A DNA stretch of 64,000 bases from Mytilus trossulus (Eukaryota): contig NC_086373.1 of assembly GCF_036588685.1 (NCBI RefSeq), positions 68,386,001 to 68,450,000 on the forward strand. Reading direction: 5' to 3'. Every line of letters starts with the position of its first letter. Position 1 is the first letter of the stretch. Both the position numbers and the translations under genes were made by a program. This document shows positions 14,105 through 27,496 of the stretch, in pieces. Below the pieces are notes generated by a model that was not told the DNA's origin, searched no databases, and worked only from the letters and a program-made list of their open reading frames with translations.

Positions 14105-16580
14105 ATACTGCACAATAAATGTACTAAATTTAACTTTCAATACCATGAATACAATATCTATGTTTTTTTTAAATGGTTATAGGTACAATGTAGGCCCAGT
14201 ATAAAAGACCACTGTACCATATACATTTTTGTAACTGAATGTGATCTAATATTCAAGCCCAACATGTAGGACCCTCATGGGTAGTCAAGGTTTTTAAAAA
14301 CCCTATCATCATCATCTGGTATTGAAACAATTTTCAGACTGACTGAACGAGTTAGAGAACAAATAAACCAACAAATACAATATAGAATAGATGAATAGCT
14401 GTTAAAGAAGGCAATTTTTTGGGGAAGATTGAGGGACAAAAACAATACGTTCTTTTCATCAACTTTTTCAATGTGGTTGCCCTTACTATAAGAAATGAAT
14501 ATTTCCAACAAAGCATCAAACAGTAATACCAATGTCATGAATGTCATAAGTCTTTGGTTTGCTAAGGATTCAATTGCATCCTAGTTTAACAATCACACTA
14601 CCTTGGTAAGGTTGATGTGACATTTTTTAATCTAGACATTTCTATCTTTGGAAATATGCAACTATTCCAAAAATGGAGATTCACGCTTAATATTGTAAGA
14701 AACAGATTGTTGAAATTATTTCCACACTTCTCTCACTGTATGATGTATATTCAATTCTTTCTTAACACTGTGGATGATAGATTCTATCTCATAATTTCAG
14801 ATAAGTCAATTTAAATTTATGGGAAGCCCTTGACTGATAACTTTTAAACTTCCTATATCAAAAAGTCTGCATGTGGTGAAAGATAACTTGATTAGTAGTG
14901 ATATACCATCTAACAGACAGCTACTTTGTATATATGTGTTTTCATAACAGAAATACTTTAACTACACACATATAGCCATTGAAGTGGTCATTCTTGTAGA
15001 ACATTTATTTCATTGATTCTCTTTTCCCACTTACACTTACATTACCAAATTTTGAAGGGATGTGCACAAGCAACTGAACTTTAATTAACATATAATATTT
15101 ATAAAATATATGTGAAAGCAAATGTGACATATGGGCAGGGCCTAATAATTTTGCTTTCTCATTCCAAATCTAGATGCAATTGTATACACAAACTTCTCTA
15201 AAGTCAGGGTTTATATATGAACACCCTATCCTTCTTCTTTAATAATAACTTGCACTTGAAAATCAATAATTATTACATGGTGGCAGATTCTCCTCCCTTC
15301 TCTGTTGTGAATACTTTATTATCAATACAAATAATCAGAAAATAATAAACATAAAGCTTCAGTTCAATTCCTTATCATATTCAGCTGTCAATTATATTTC
15401 AGTAGCAGCATATACATGGTATATATTTTCTGATATGATTTCATCTATTATTAATTATATCTGTATTTATTATTACATGTCATGATGTCAAAGATATTAT
15501 CTGCATATCATAATTTAGATTGAAATTCATTAACCTAATTTTAGAAAGAGTTATTTTCCTTTTTCACCATTTCACCATATAACTTTCATGAGGTCACCTG
15601 GTCACCCTGCAAATTTTTTTTTTCAAAAATCAACCAAATTAAAATTGTTTAGATAGACTTTAATAATTAAATTGGTTGTCTAATAAGGTTAATGTAAAAA
15701 TATGAAGATCGGGAATTATTGCCAAATGGGTCAAATGACTCAGATGACTCTGTATGTGTTGGACAATAATAAAGACCTTCAACAGATTATTCAGATTAAC
15801 ATACAAATTTCAAGCCAGTCAAGTTCTGAGCAGTACAAAAAATGTAATTTTAAAAAATGTACAAGAACCAAATATCTATACTTATTGTTTTCAGTATTTT
15901 AATAACCAGCTTATTTCTGATAAAATGTATAATTGTTTGTTCTGAAATCTTGAATTCAAAAAGTTTTTATTACCAGATCACCAAATGCCAAACGAAAGAA
16001 ATAGAACAAGTCTGAAATTGGGACAGTATTGACAAAGCTGTGCGACTCATAAATGCCAAGGAAAAAGATAATTTTAGCTAAAATGCTATAAAATTAAATT
16101 ATGCAACTAAGTCAGCTGTTTCATGAGGAATTACATCTAAGATCATTGCATGCAGTGAATTGTCATATATGCATCATATTCATAAATTTTGCTGTTTATC
16201 ATGTTTATAGCACCAGTGAAGAGAAAACGGTTAACCATGGATATTAGGAACACAATTTTCATGTCTTTCAGTCCTTATAAGTGTAAAAAAAATGACAGTG
16301 AATCACTCAATAACAAGATAACTCATAAAAGCTATAATCCCTGTACTACATGTACAAGTACCGACTTTTTTTAATCTCATGCGACAGATATTTGTGTTTA
16401 TGACTTATGTTTTCTGTCTTCAGTAATGGCCAATAAGTCTCAAGGTCAAACATTTGTTTTTACAAAGCGGTTATTGACAATTTAGTTTTTATGCTTATAA
16501 TATCAAAATACAATATATGACTAAGGCTGGACTAGTTTACTGTGTTTTTTTGTGTATATTTGAAATGGGATGCATTTTCA

Positions 16581-16811
16581 AGGGCCCTCATGGGGTTTTT
16601 GATTATGTGATTACTTGGCCGTTTTTTTAATGATTATTTGATTATTAAGCTAAATATTTCATGATTATTTGATTACCTAGGACTGTATTTTTAGTTTATG
16701 ATTATTTGATTACTAAAGATAAGCAAATATTTAATGATTATGTGATTATATTGGCCAAAAAAAGGTGATTATGTGATTACTAGGACCCCCCCCCCCCCCC
16801 ATGAGGGGCCT
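16581..16811. mobile_element. MITE with 15-bp TIR, 8-bp TSD and internal GATTATNTGATTA repeats
   Basis: TIR AGGGCCCTCATGGGG / CCCCATGAGGGGCCT, flanked on both sides by CATTTTCA (16573-80 and 16812-19). Confidence 0.85.
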
Positions 16812-16872
16812 CATTTTCAAATATTTTAAATTTTCTACATTCATAAATGTTGCAGACTATATTATATCATTG

Positions 16873-19800
16873 TCAAAAGTTACAAACCTCTGGTACTTTT
16901 GGTAGTGTTACAACTTTGAACTGTGTAATTCCCACAGTGGTATTTTTGCATTCATTATTAACAATATGTAATTGTTTAACTATTTTAGGTGGTGGAGGAT
17001 CCAGTGTGCTACTGATGTCTGCCCTTACTGCTTCTGCATTACGAATTCCTTTATTATACTTTTTCACTGCAACTGTTGACGAGTGGCCTGTCCTTTCTTG
17101 TATAAATTCTTCTTGATAGCCTTGTTTAAACATTTTTGCTGCCATGGTTGCTTTGACTGAATGATTAGTGTAATATCCCTTGTAGCCAGCCTGTTTCATC
17201 ATTTTTGAGATCAAACTGTCCAACATGTTTTTCCCTAAAGGACATCTTGAAAATACTAATCTACTCTTATTTATCGGTAAGCCAACAAAATCTCGTGAAG
17301 GACGAAACCAGAAAATATCATTTACTTTAGGAATTATCAATATGTATGTTTCCAGCAAGTTATAATAAGTACGAGGATTGTCTTCACATTTATATTGTTT
17401 AACTGGTTTGTACTTCTTGGATGAGACAATTCTAGAGGTGAATTGGACATATTTCCCAGTTTCATCTTCGCCAAATGAAAACTGACTAACACGCAGCTTC
17501 CAGAGTTCATATGATGGTCCAACACAGAAAACTTTACAAGTGTAAAAATACACTGCATATAACAAACCCCATGACATATCAAGACTGAACACTCCTTTAT
17601 CCCACAAAACTTGCTCTTGTTGGTCCGTTATCATTTGTGCCTGCTTCTTTTTTACTCCAATACCCTGTTTTATCAATTCAATACATCGCTCATCTAATGC
17701 TTTATGAAATTTAGAAAACTCTTTCTTTGTGGAATCAAACAAGCTTAAATTAGTCCAACCTGAACGTCTGAAAATGCGCTGAAATCCAGCAATTAATGAC
17801 CTTATTGAATTAGGAGGATAGGGAGCACCAGCACTATTCCTTACTTCATGTATAAATTTAATCAGTAAATCATTCAATTCTTCCTCAGTCACATTTTTGT
17901 ACACACTGTGAAGTAAAGGTACAGGTTTGCAATCTGGATCTACATTAGCCTTGTTTCTAGCTTTTGCCCAATCATTCCAAGTGTTATTTGCCCAGTTATT
18001 ATTTTTCAAGGTGTTCCCTGGAACAGATGAGTTACTCGGCTCAATATCTGTGTTCACAGCGATGTTCTTTGATGTTGAGGTATCATCTACATTGTCAGCT
18101 GCAGAAGATTTATTTATGTCAGGATCTCTGCCTCCTAAAAAATGATATCTATCAACAGGAACATTATCAGATGGTTCATTTGCTAGAGAAGTCACGCTTT
18201 CAATACAGAATGGTCCTTGGCTTATGATTTCAGAAGGTATAACGCCCTGCATATTACATGTATTTACTCTGGTATATAACAAGTTTTCAGGAGCCCCAGT
18301 AGAAGTAATAGTTTCATTAGGATTAGCATGAATTACAGTGGAAGTCTCATCACTTGTGATTTCAACTGGTTTTTCTTTTGAATAGATTTCAATGTCAGTA
18401 TTTTCTATTGGCTCTTTTTTAATTTTCTTAACCAAAGCTTCTAAGCTAGTTTCTGCATCTCTTTCTCTCTTCTTTCTATCATGTCTATTACATTTTTCGA
18501 ATAAGGATGGCCAATTTGAACTGCTTGTAACATTACAATTTAATACATTGTTACTGGTGTTTTTTGTCACATTTGTACTGGCCATAGCTGTTTCATCATT
18601 CTCATAATTTGCCTGAAAATCATGTCTTTCTGAATCTTTTTCCATTAAATCAGTTTTCAAATATGTAGAACTTTCTTCATTTGAACTGCATGAATTTTGA
18701 GAAGAATTTGGTTTTGGTAAAATTGGTTTAAGCTGCTGCAAAACAGGTTTCTGTTGTGGTTTCATTTCTGATACTTTTTTAATCATAATTTCATCAGCTA
18801 TATCCTTTTTACGGGCTGTATAAGCTGTTTTAGCTACATAAAGCATTTTTACATCAATCCATCGTAACGCTTCTTTACTTCCCTCTTCAAGCATTGATAT
18901 TATTTTTGACATATAATCCCATGAATAGGTTTTTCCATTTTCATCGACCAAATCAAAGGCAAATTCAAACACTAGTTCAAGCAACTGTTTTTTACCCCTA
19001 ACGCATTTAATCAGTTCTGTAAAACCTGTGCAGGTTAAACCTTTACTCGCCAGATTTTTTTGTTTACTTATTGCCCATTTTTTCCAATGAGTTAAAGCCT
19101 TATCCATCCAGTTTTCCTTGGAGTTTAGGTCAATATGAGTTTGTTCCTTATCTAAAAGGTGTGTTTGAGTGTCTGTATTGTCATATGATTCTTTACCGCT
19201 TTGATCATTCAACATACAAGCATTTGTCACTAAACCCGTAGGATACACTTGTCCTGAATTTAGGTTTGTATTTGCAATAGCTTCAGTTGAATTAGCACTA
19301 CCCTGCTTTTCATATTCTGGGTCTAATACTTCAGTTTTAATATTTACAGTATTTTCAATTTCCAATAATGAGGGAATATTTGTATGCTGTTTGCTAACTG
19401 GTTCAGACTTGATATGAGTAATAATTTGTCTCTGAGATGGATAATTAGATGAATTAATATTTAGAACTGGTGAAATCTGACCAATATTAACAGAAAGATT
19501 TGCATTGTTTACATCTGTTGAAAGTGGGTGTCCTAGATTTTGACCTGTAACCATTGGCTGCACCTGAAACAGCTGCTGTCCCACTTGGACATATGTACCT
19601 TGAACTGCTTGTTGTCCTTGAATCACATGTTGCATTTGACCTTGAGATGGAAAACTCTGAATAAATGGCTGACTTTGTAGAAAGGGTTGTATTTGACTTG
19701 AACTTGATAATCCACTAGGCAGCTGAGTCTGAAGAATTGTTTGTGATCTAATGTCTAGTGGCTGATTATATGGTCTTAAGTCTAACTGTATCCCTGAAGT

Positions 19801-19878
19801 TGAAGGCTGGACCTGTTCAGTCTGTTTGTGTACCTCACTTTCTCCTTGTTGAACCATTGGTTTGTATAGCACATACAT
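16873..19878 (-). CDS. Crypton-derived DUF3504/tyrosine-recombinase-fold protein (QRICH1/ZMYM/KIAA1958-like), nested in ERC intron 1
   Basis: Uninterrupted ORF with first ATG at 19878; the frame is open from 19971. The C-terminal third has CryptonA motifs: LNDLLIKFIHEVRNSAGAPYPPNS, KQAQMITDQQEQVLWDKG, GYYTNHSVKATMAAKMFKQG, IQERTGHSSTVAVKKY. The N-terminus is Q-rich. Confidence 0.85.
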   Translation of the reverse strand: MYVLYKPMVQQGESEVHKQTEQVQPSTSGIQLDLRPYNQPLDIRSQTILQTQLPSGLSSSSQIQPFLQSQPFIQSFPSQGQMQHVIQGQQAVQGTYVQVGQQLFQVQPMVTGQNLGHPLSTDVNNANLSVNIGQISPVLNINSSNYPSQRQIITHIKSEPVSKQHTNIPSLLEIENTVNIKTEVLDPEYEKQGSANSTEAIANTNLNSGQVYPTGLVTNACMLNDQSGKESYDNTDTQTHLLDKEQTHIDLNSKENWMDKALTHWKKWAISKQKNLASKGLTCTGFTELIKCVRGKKQLLELVFEFAFDLVDENGKTYSWDYMSKIISMLEEGSKEALRWIDVKMLYVAKTAYTARKKDIADEIMIKKVSEMKPQQKPVLQQLKPILPKPNSSQNSCSSNEESSTYLKTDLMEKDSERHDFQANYENDETAMASTNVTKNTSNNVLNCNVTSSSNWPSLFEKCNRHDRKKRERDAETSLEALVKKIKKEPIENTDIEIYSKEKPVEITSDETSTVIHANPNETITSTGAPENLLYTRVNTCNMQGVIPSEIISQGPFCIESVTSLANEPSDNVPVDRYHFLGGRDPDINKSSAADNVDDTSTSKNIAVNTDIEPSNSSVPGNTLKNNNWANNTWNDWAKARNKANVDPDCKPVPLLHSVYKNVTEEELNDLLIKFIHEVRNSAGAPYPPNSIRSLIAGFQRIFRRSGWTNLSLFDSTKKEFSKFHKALDERCIELIKQGIGVKKKQAQMITDQQEQVLWDKGVFSLDMSWGLLYAVYFYTCKVFCVGPSYELWKLRVSQFSFGEDETGKYVQFTSRIVSSKKYKPVKQYKCEDNPRTYYNLLETYILIIPKVNDIFWFRPSRDFVGLPINKSRLVFSRCPLGKNMLDSLISKMMKQAGYKGYYTNHSVKATMAAKMFKQGYQEEFIQERTGHSSTVAVKKYNKGIRNAEAVRADISSTLDPPPPKIVKQLHIVNNECKNTTVGITQFKVVTLPKVPEVCNF

Positions 19879-22391
19879 TGTGTGATGATTCTTAAGTTTC
19901 AGTTCAGATAAGTCAATATCAATTAGCACTTTACAATACACATAAATTGAAAGCCTTCTGTTAACAGTGCACTAAATAATCCCAAAAAGAAAGAATGTTT
20001 TCAATTTCCACTGTGGTTAGCCCATTTATTGATTTTTGTGTCCTATGATTAGTAGTGTGTAATTTTACTTGTATCATGAATAGTGATGGCATGGTGTAAA
20101 GTGTTAACATGGTTTATTTTCCTTACCTGTGTCAGTTATCAGTGTACAATTTAGATGTGAATATTTGAAGAGAGTTTGTAGGTTTTATTGTAAAAGTTTC
20201 TTTTTCTACTTAGATAACAATACAAAAAATAAAAGTCTGATTAATAAATTCCATAGAATAAAAAAAAAAAAAAAATACTTTCAAAAGCTCACTTATGGTT
20301 TAACCATTTTAAGAAATGATACCCAATTATTACAATATACCTTTGTCCTAATAATTTTTCAGAATATCTAACTAGATCACCATTAGTTAAATAGTAAACT
20401 TATTATCTATATACATTTTTAATGCTCAGGGGTTCCTAAATCACAAAAGTTGCCATTATTTACAGTATGCCATAAAACTGTCATAAATCTTCTCAAGGTA
20501 TTTAAATATGTGGGGCATCATTTGGGTTAAAAAAAATATAGTTATCATGTTTATTCAATTTCAATCATTTATTTAAGTATTTTTAGTGCATATTAAAAAG
20601 ACATTAGTATGAAATCAAAACAATAGAATTAAATGTGTTAACAGAAACAAACAATAAACAAAACAAACTTTGACAAGCAATATGTTAATATAGAAATTTG
20701 TTTTCATAAGATTTTTAATAGCTACTTCTGCATAGAGGAAATTCGTTCATGGAATTTTTATACACAATACACAATGAAGCATCTACATAAACCAAACCTG
20801 GCAGAATTTATTTTGATACATTTTGGACAATTATACTTAATAGTTCCAGGATACATGTACAAAATGCAATTTTTAAAAGAATACATGTACATGTACAAAA
20901 AAATGTAGCATCTGACAGGATAAGGTATAAAAAGTCGGAAGGTTATAGTAACACTCTATAAATTCAATTACATGCAGTTGATTATGTAACAAACTGAAAT
21001 GTTAGTAACTGTGTAAGCCTTGGGGTCAGGGTTTTATTTGATATTCAATAAGTAAACACTTACTGGGTAGAAATTGGATTCATGGGTGAGTAAAAAACTT
21101 TCCCCTCTTTATCAAAATCCTGGATCTACATTTACACCTGTACACTTCCAGCGGATGGTAACTATTACAAAATTTAATGTTTTTACTTGCAAAACATGGT
21201 ATTGATGCTGCGTTTAAAATATGATGCAGTTACAAGAGGAACATTAAACAATCGAAGTGAATGGACACATTACCCTTATTTTGAACTTTTAAAAAATATG
21301 CTTTATATAAAGCAGACATGTACTTGACAGTGTTTATTCAATGCAGAACTTTGTCTCCATTTTGTCTTTAATTGTAGCACAGATACATTTCAACATTTGC
21401 ATTACAGTCTACAACTCATTTAGATATTTAAAATATTAATATGACAAATATGATTATTAACATGACTAATAAAACATATTTTTTTATTGAATATCTGAGT
21501 GAGTACATATCTGATTACAGCTGTTGTCCATTTGTTTGATGTATTTGAGCTTTTGATTTTGCCATTTGATTAGGGACTTTCTGTTTTGATTTTGCCATTT
21601 GATTAGGGACTTTCTGTTTTGATTTTTTTATATGCCCATCTGTACTTTTTTGTCTATTGGTTGGTGTTATATGAAAAAAGTGTCCAATTCTTGTAATTAT
21701 AATGTTATGGAAATGCATGTATATCATCAGATTAGTGATGATCTAAACCAACTCCTGGTCTGTACAAGTTTTTTTTACATTAATAACAAAATCATCAAGT
21801 ATTATCTAGAGAAAAACATTTCATTGAGTGATTGTTCAAAAGTTTGGCTGTGTTGGGAAATTAGAGTATGGGAATATAATTCATTATCGGTAACTTTCAA
21901 ATATGTTCTAAAGATTTTAATAAAATATAAGGTGTGTTTTTTAAACGGAAGCCTATGCTTACATGTACATGTCTTACAAATGTCTTATAGTAAAACTAGG
22001 TACATGTATATAAAGCAACCTACAAAATGTATATTACATTTTTGTATTTCATGATGGAGGATTAAGAGGAACGCAGATTACCAGGGGTTGAAGTCATTAA
22101 ACTTTGCTCAGTGCTTGGAGTTGGAGCACAAAAATCATGCTTGAAACATGAAATCCAACATTTTGATTGGTTGATTTTGGAGTATGAGTACAAAAAAACT
22201 GACTCAAAAGTTTGGAGATTGCTCACCAACCTTTGAAAGGACTTTTTTACACTGACAAATCTATATATAGCTCAACACAGAGTTATACTTAGTATATATA
22301 TACATTCATATAATATGCTACATGAATTTTTAGGTGTATTATTAACATTTATAAGTATGTGCCAAAAATCAGTAACACTAACATTCAGCAA

Positions 22392-23330
22392 TGAATCCGG
22401 TTCCTTACCTGGAAGAAGAAGAAGACCTATTGTATTTGTTCTGATTATTATTATTTTTTTATTTTTATTTTTTCTTCCGCCTAATTTTTTTTCTTGCGTA
22501 GTATTGATGTTTCAAAAGAAGTCGCTAAGATATTTGGAATATGATATCCTATAGTTTATACGCTTTAAAAATTTACAACGACGTAACAAAATACTTTACG
22601 TTGTAAGGGTTATCTCCCCAAACACTGTTTTTCTTGTGGCCACTACTCCTTCGCAACCGTAATAGATTACGACAAATTTATTTTACCAAATTGCTTGTTA
22701 CATCTTACAGATTAGGATATTCATTGGACCGAAGCTTTACGGAGACTCCATATGACAGTTATTCCCCCTTTTTCATTTGATTCAAGTGATATGCATTTCT
22801 AACTAGTAAACCATAAGTGATAGAGACCTAGGGTCTTCAGATTTGAGATCCTTGGTCCAAGAAAATGAGGTGAAGGTCAAAGGTCAAGGTCATATTCTAA
22901 ATTTTGATTTTGGCTTATTTTCACTTATTTTCAAATACTTTAAGACACATCGACAAATATTTTTTCATAAATTGTTAGTTGCGACATGTCCTTACTTGTA
23001 TATTTTGGTTGAAAGGGTGCGGAGACAATAAATGGGAGTTTTTGCCCATCTTACTTTTAGAATAATGCGTAAAGTGATATACCTCATTAACCAAACATAT
23101 TAAAGACCTAGGGTCTTTTGATTTAAGGTCCTTGGTTTGTGACCTTGAAATTGAGGTCAAGGTCATAAGTTTATGGGACATTCTAGATTTTGACCTTTGC
23201 TTTAAATTCATATTAATACATCATAAAGCCATAGGAATTAACATTTTAAACTGATTTTTCATATTTCAATATCAAAATAGATCTTTACTAGTGGAAAGAC
23301 TTTCAATTGTTTTCTAAACAATTGGTTTTT
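22392..23330 (+). mobile_element. Helentron/HINE-like element (third family), degenerate
   Basis: Starts near GAAGACCTATTG...(ATT)n, has internal GACCTTG/CAAGGTCA repeats and ends GGAAAGACTTTCAATTG...CAATTGGTT with a terminal palindrome. Confidence 0.5.
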
Positions 23331-25725
23331 AATTGATTTATATTTTCTTTGAATAATTCAGCAGTTTTTTACTAAAAGGTATCAGAGTTTTGGAAACAGA
23401 CTGACATATGATTACTAGTAGTAGTGTAAATTAATTCATATACATGTACATACAAAATTTATTTCTCCCTAAACAGTGAATAATATAACATTAAAAGATC
23501 TGCATTGGAGATGCATTTACATTATTAGACAATTATCAGTAATTTAGCATTTACGGATATACACGTACATGTCTCCAGCTGATAGAAAACAGTGGATCTC
23601 TTAACAAAATTGCAGAGTACCAAGAACATTATGACAGAGCAATTGCCAATTCTGTATACATTTAATTTTTGTACATGCATATATATCAGTCCATAAAATA
23701 CTAGCACAATTTACAGGAACCTTGAGAAAGGTAATCAGGAAATAATTTATTATGGAAAACAATTAACAATTATATATACACGTACATTTGTACAAATGTA
23801 TCTCATTAATATTCCATGGAAGTCCCCAACTTCATAATATTACATGAAATTAGTGTTGTATGCATGCATGCGTCTTTCACATTTTTTACGTTTTTTGTGT
23901 CAATTGCAGTTAATTGCTTTTCCTTTCATTTTGTAACTGATTTAATTACAATATAATGAAAGTTTAATAGTACATTTAAATTTATGAACATTTGTATTTA
24001 CATTGATTTATATATACAAGCACTTTTTTCTTTTCTCTTCTTGTGTCTTGTCGAACAACCTTTTAACAACCTACACAATACAACTCAAAGCATGGATATG
24101 CAGTACATGTATTATTTTTCATTCACATGCACATGTACAATGAACCCATTAACCCTGTACTACTACATCTTAAAATGTTCATTTGTAACCCCTGGTTGTT
24201 CAAGATTATTTCTCATTACAAATAATATATTCCTGTGCCGTTATAAGGGGATAACAATACCAAAATCTGTTCTATCAACTGTATCAATAATAACATTATT
24301 ATTGCCCTATGTGGGCTGAATCTATCAACATCATCAATAACATGTGACAATATCACATTATTATCAAATAGAAGTTTATAATTTGAATCCAATTCAGTTA
24401 TGTTTGACAAGTACTTGAGAAATAACTTCAAATAAGTACATACATGACATATGTACATATGGTTGATTACAGCGCCTGCATGGCACCAAAGTTCATTGAT
24501 CCTACATGTATTTTTTCTTGATATATTCATGTAGATATGGATTCTACCACTGCATCGAGTGGGATACAATATTTATCCATTCGAGACAGATAAATTTTCA
24601 AATTTAAAGTTAAATATTTGAAATTTAACTGTTGAGAGTGGATAAATATCATATTGCACAAAATTTGGTGGTGGAATCTGTTTCTCTTAATGGTTTAAGA
24701 CAATATGCAGGAAATCTTAATCCTACTTTTCGAAATGACCTAAGAATTAGATAAATAATTGTACTCTTTTTTTCAGTTATTTGCATACCCTATTTTTAAG
24801 ACAAAATTATGCAATTAACTAAATTAAGGGAGACTAACTGGGAGTGTTTCTTTAAAAATATGAGTTACAATTACATTTAGTTTTATATATAGCATTCTAC
24901 AACAAATGTATACATGTAAATTTACATGTCAAATATCACAATTAACTACATTTTGTACATGTGTATTAGCAGCCATTTGTACCCTTGGCAAGAGGATTAG
25001 ATAATAGATGGTGATAGATAGCTGTTTAATGACAAGTTACAAAAATGAAAATACAATGGATTAGGGAAACTCCAGTTACCCTGAAGGAAGCTATGTATAG
25101 CTAGCTATTGTAGCGAAGTTTTTATTATTAAATTACTATACTTATGTATACACAATGGGGATGGCCAGTATGCATTCACAATATCTATTGGTCAGACTGT
25201 CTATAATGATATTTTCCCAGGTTGCAGTTTAAATTCATCATTTCAAACTGATTTAATGGAGAGAGAAAATTGCCAAAAGTAAAATGTTATTATTATCAAG
25301 CCTGCACAATATAATAAAAAAAAATATGTGTTAGCACATGTAGTTAAAATCAGTGTTTAATTAATACATGCATGAAGATATAGTAAAACATGGCTAACAC
25401 CAGATTTTTCTTAACTTTTTTCACTTCAGGGTACACAGATAAATTCTTTTCATTTCTAGTCATGCGTAAAATAACAGGGTTAAACAGTATCATTTATTAT
25501 CACCTTTCTAACAACCAAATCTTTACTAAATCTATCATGGCCCACTGATCTAAATGATCTAAACACGCAATTTTGAAAATTGATATAACAGAAGTCAGAA
25601 ATGTGGTTATGGACTTTGTATCAAAAGGAAATGATGCACAATAAGTCAAAGGCATTTCAATCATATGAAAAGGAGATTTATATTAATAGCCCACATTATA
25701 GTGACATAACATGTACAGCAATGAC

Positions 25726-27443
25726 AACCAGATGCTCCGCAGGGCGTAGCTTTATACGACCGCAGAGGTTGAACCCTGAACAGTTGGGGCAAGTATGGAC
25801 ACAACATTCAAGCTGGATTCAGCTCTAAATTTGGATTGTGATTAAATAGTTGACACAGCATAGGTTTCTGACACAGAATGAATGTGTTCTAATGAAATTA
25901 AAATTTTTGTTTTCTCTTAGAGCAATTCACTATGCTGTTGAATATTATTCCTCTCAAAAAAATGTTTGAAGAAATTTTCTTTTTATTTATGAAATTTCAA
26001 ATGAGAAAATTGAACCCAATTTTTTTAATCACATCCCCCTTTCCCTTATTCCAAAACTAATCTCAATTAAAATTTCTAATGGAGTTTGCAACAATTACTA
26101 CTCATTTAAATACATCATAAAATATTAAGATGTAAAAAAATTGCTTGTTATCACTGAATGGTAAAGATTATTTTAATTTATCAGTTGGTAGTAAAAAGTG
26201 AATATACATTGTATATTGTATATATAACAAAGATTTAAGTTGATTATGGACAAAGAAAGATAACTCCAAATAAAAAAAAATCTTACAATTAGATATTTCT
26301 TGCTTACTATTCTGGACAAAGAAAGATAACTCTAATTAAAAACAAAATTGCTATTTCACAATATTTTGCAATAAGATATTTCTTGCCATTGCGCAATACT
26401 GCGCAATTGAAAAGACTTGCTATTGCACAAAACTTAATATAATAATTTTAGATCCTGATTTGGACCAACTTGAAAACTGGGCCCATAATCAAAAATCTAA
26501 GTACATGTTTGGATTCAGCATATCAAAGAACCCCAAGATTTCAATTTTTGTTAAAATCAAACTAAGTTTAATTTTGGACCCTTTGGACTTAAATGTAGAC
26601 CAATTTGAAAACAAGACCAAAAATGAGGAATCTACATACACAGTTAGATTTGGCATATCAAAGAACCCCATTTATTCAATTTTTGATGAAATCAAACAAA
26701 GTTTAATTTTGGACCCCCATTTGGACCGACTTGAAAACTGGGCCGATAATCAAGAATCTAAGTACATTTTTAGATTCAGCATATCAAAGAACCCAACCGA
26801 TTAATTTTTTGTCAAAATTAAACGAAGTTTAATTTTGGACCCTTTGGACCTTAATGTAGACCAATTTGAAAACGGGACCAAAAGTTAAAAATCTACATAC
26901 ACAGTTAGATTCGGCATATCAAAGAACCCCAATTATTCAATTTTGATGAAATCAAACAAAGTTTAATTTTGGACCCTTTGGGCCCCTTATTCCTAAACTG
27001 TTGGGACCAAAACTCCCAAAATCATTACCAACCTTCCTTTTATGATCATAAACCTTGTGTTTAAATTTCATAGATTTCTATTTACTTATACTAAAGTTAT
27101 GGTGCGAAAACCAAGAAAAATGCTTATTTGGGCCCTTTTTTGGCCCCTAATTCCTACACTGTTGAAACCAAAACTCCCAAAATCAATCCCAACCTTTCTT
27201 TTGTGGTCATAAACCTTGTGTCAAAATTTCATAGATTTCTATTAACTTAAACTAAAGTTATAGTGCGAAAACCAAGAAAATGCTTATTTGGGCCCTTTTT
27301 GGCCCCTAATTCCTACAATGTTGGGACCAAAACTCCCAAAATCAATACCAACCTTCCTTTTGTGGTCATAAACCTTGTGATAAAATTTCATAGATTTATA
27401 TTCACTTTTACTAAAGTTAGAGTGCGAAAACTAAAAGTATTCG

Positions 27444-27496
<53 letters not shown>

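Noticed and set aside
16581-16811. CRISPR-like repeat-spacer array
   Set aside because: The repeats are only ~13 bp, enclosed by TIRs and a TSD in eukaryotic DNA, with no cas genes.
16873-19941. Active Crypton transposon or phage integrase / bacterial contamination
   Set aside because: Two catalytic arginines are substituted, no element ends were seen, and composition and flanking repeats match the host intron. The 19941 start is GTG; the first ATG is 19878.
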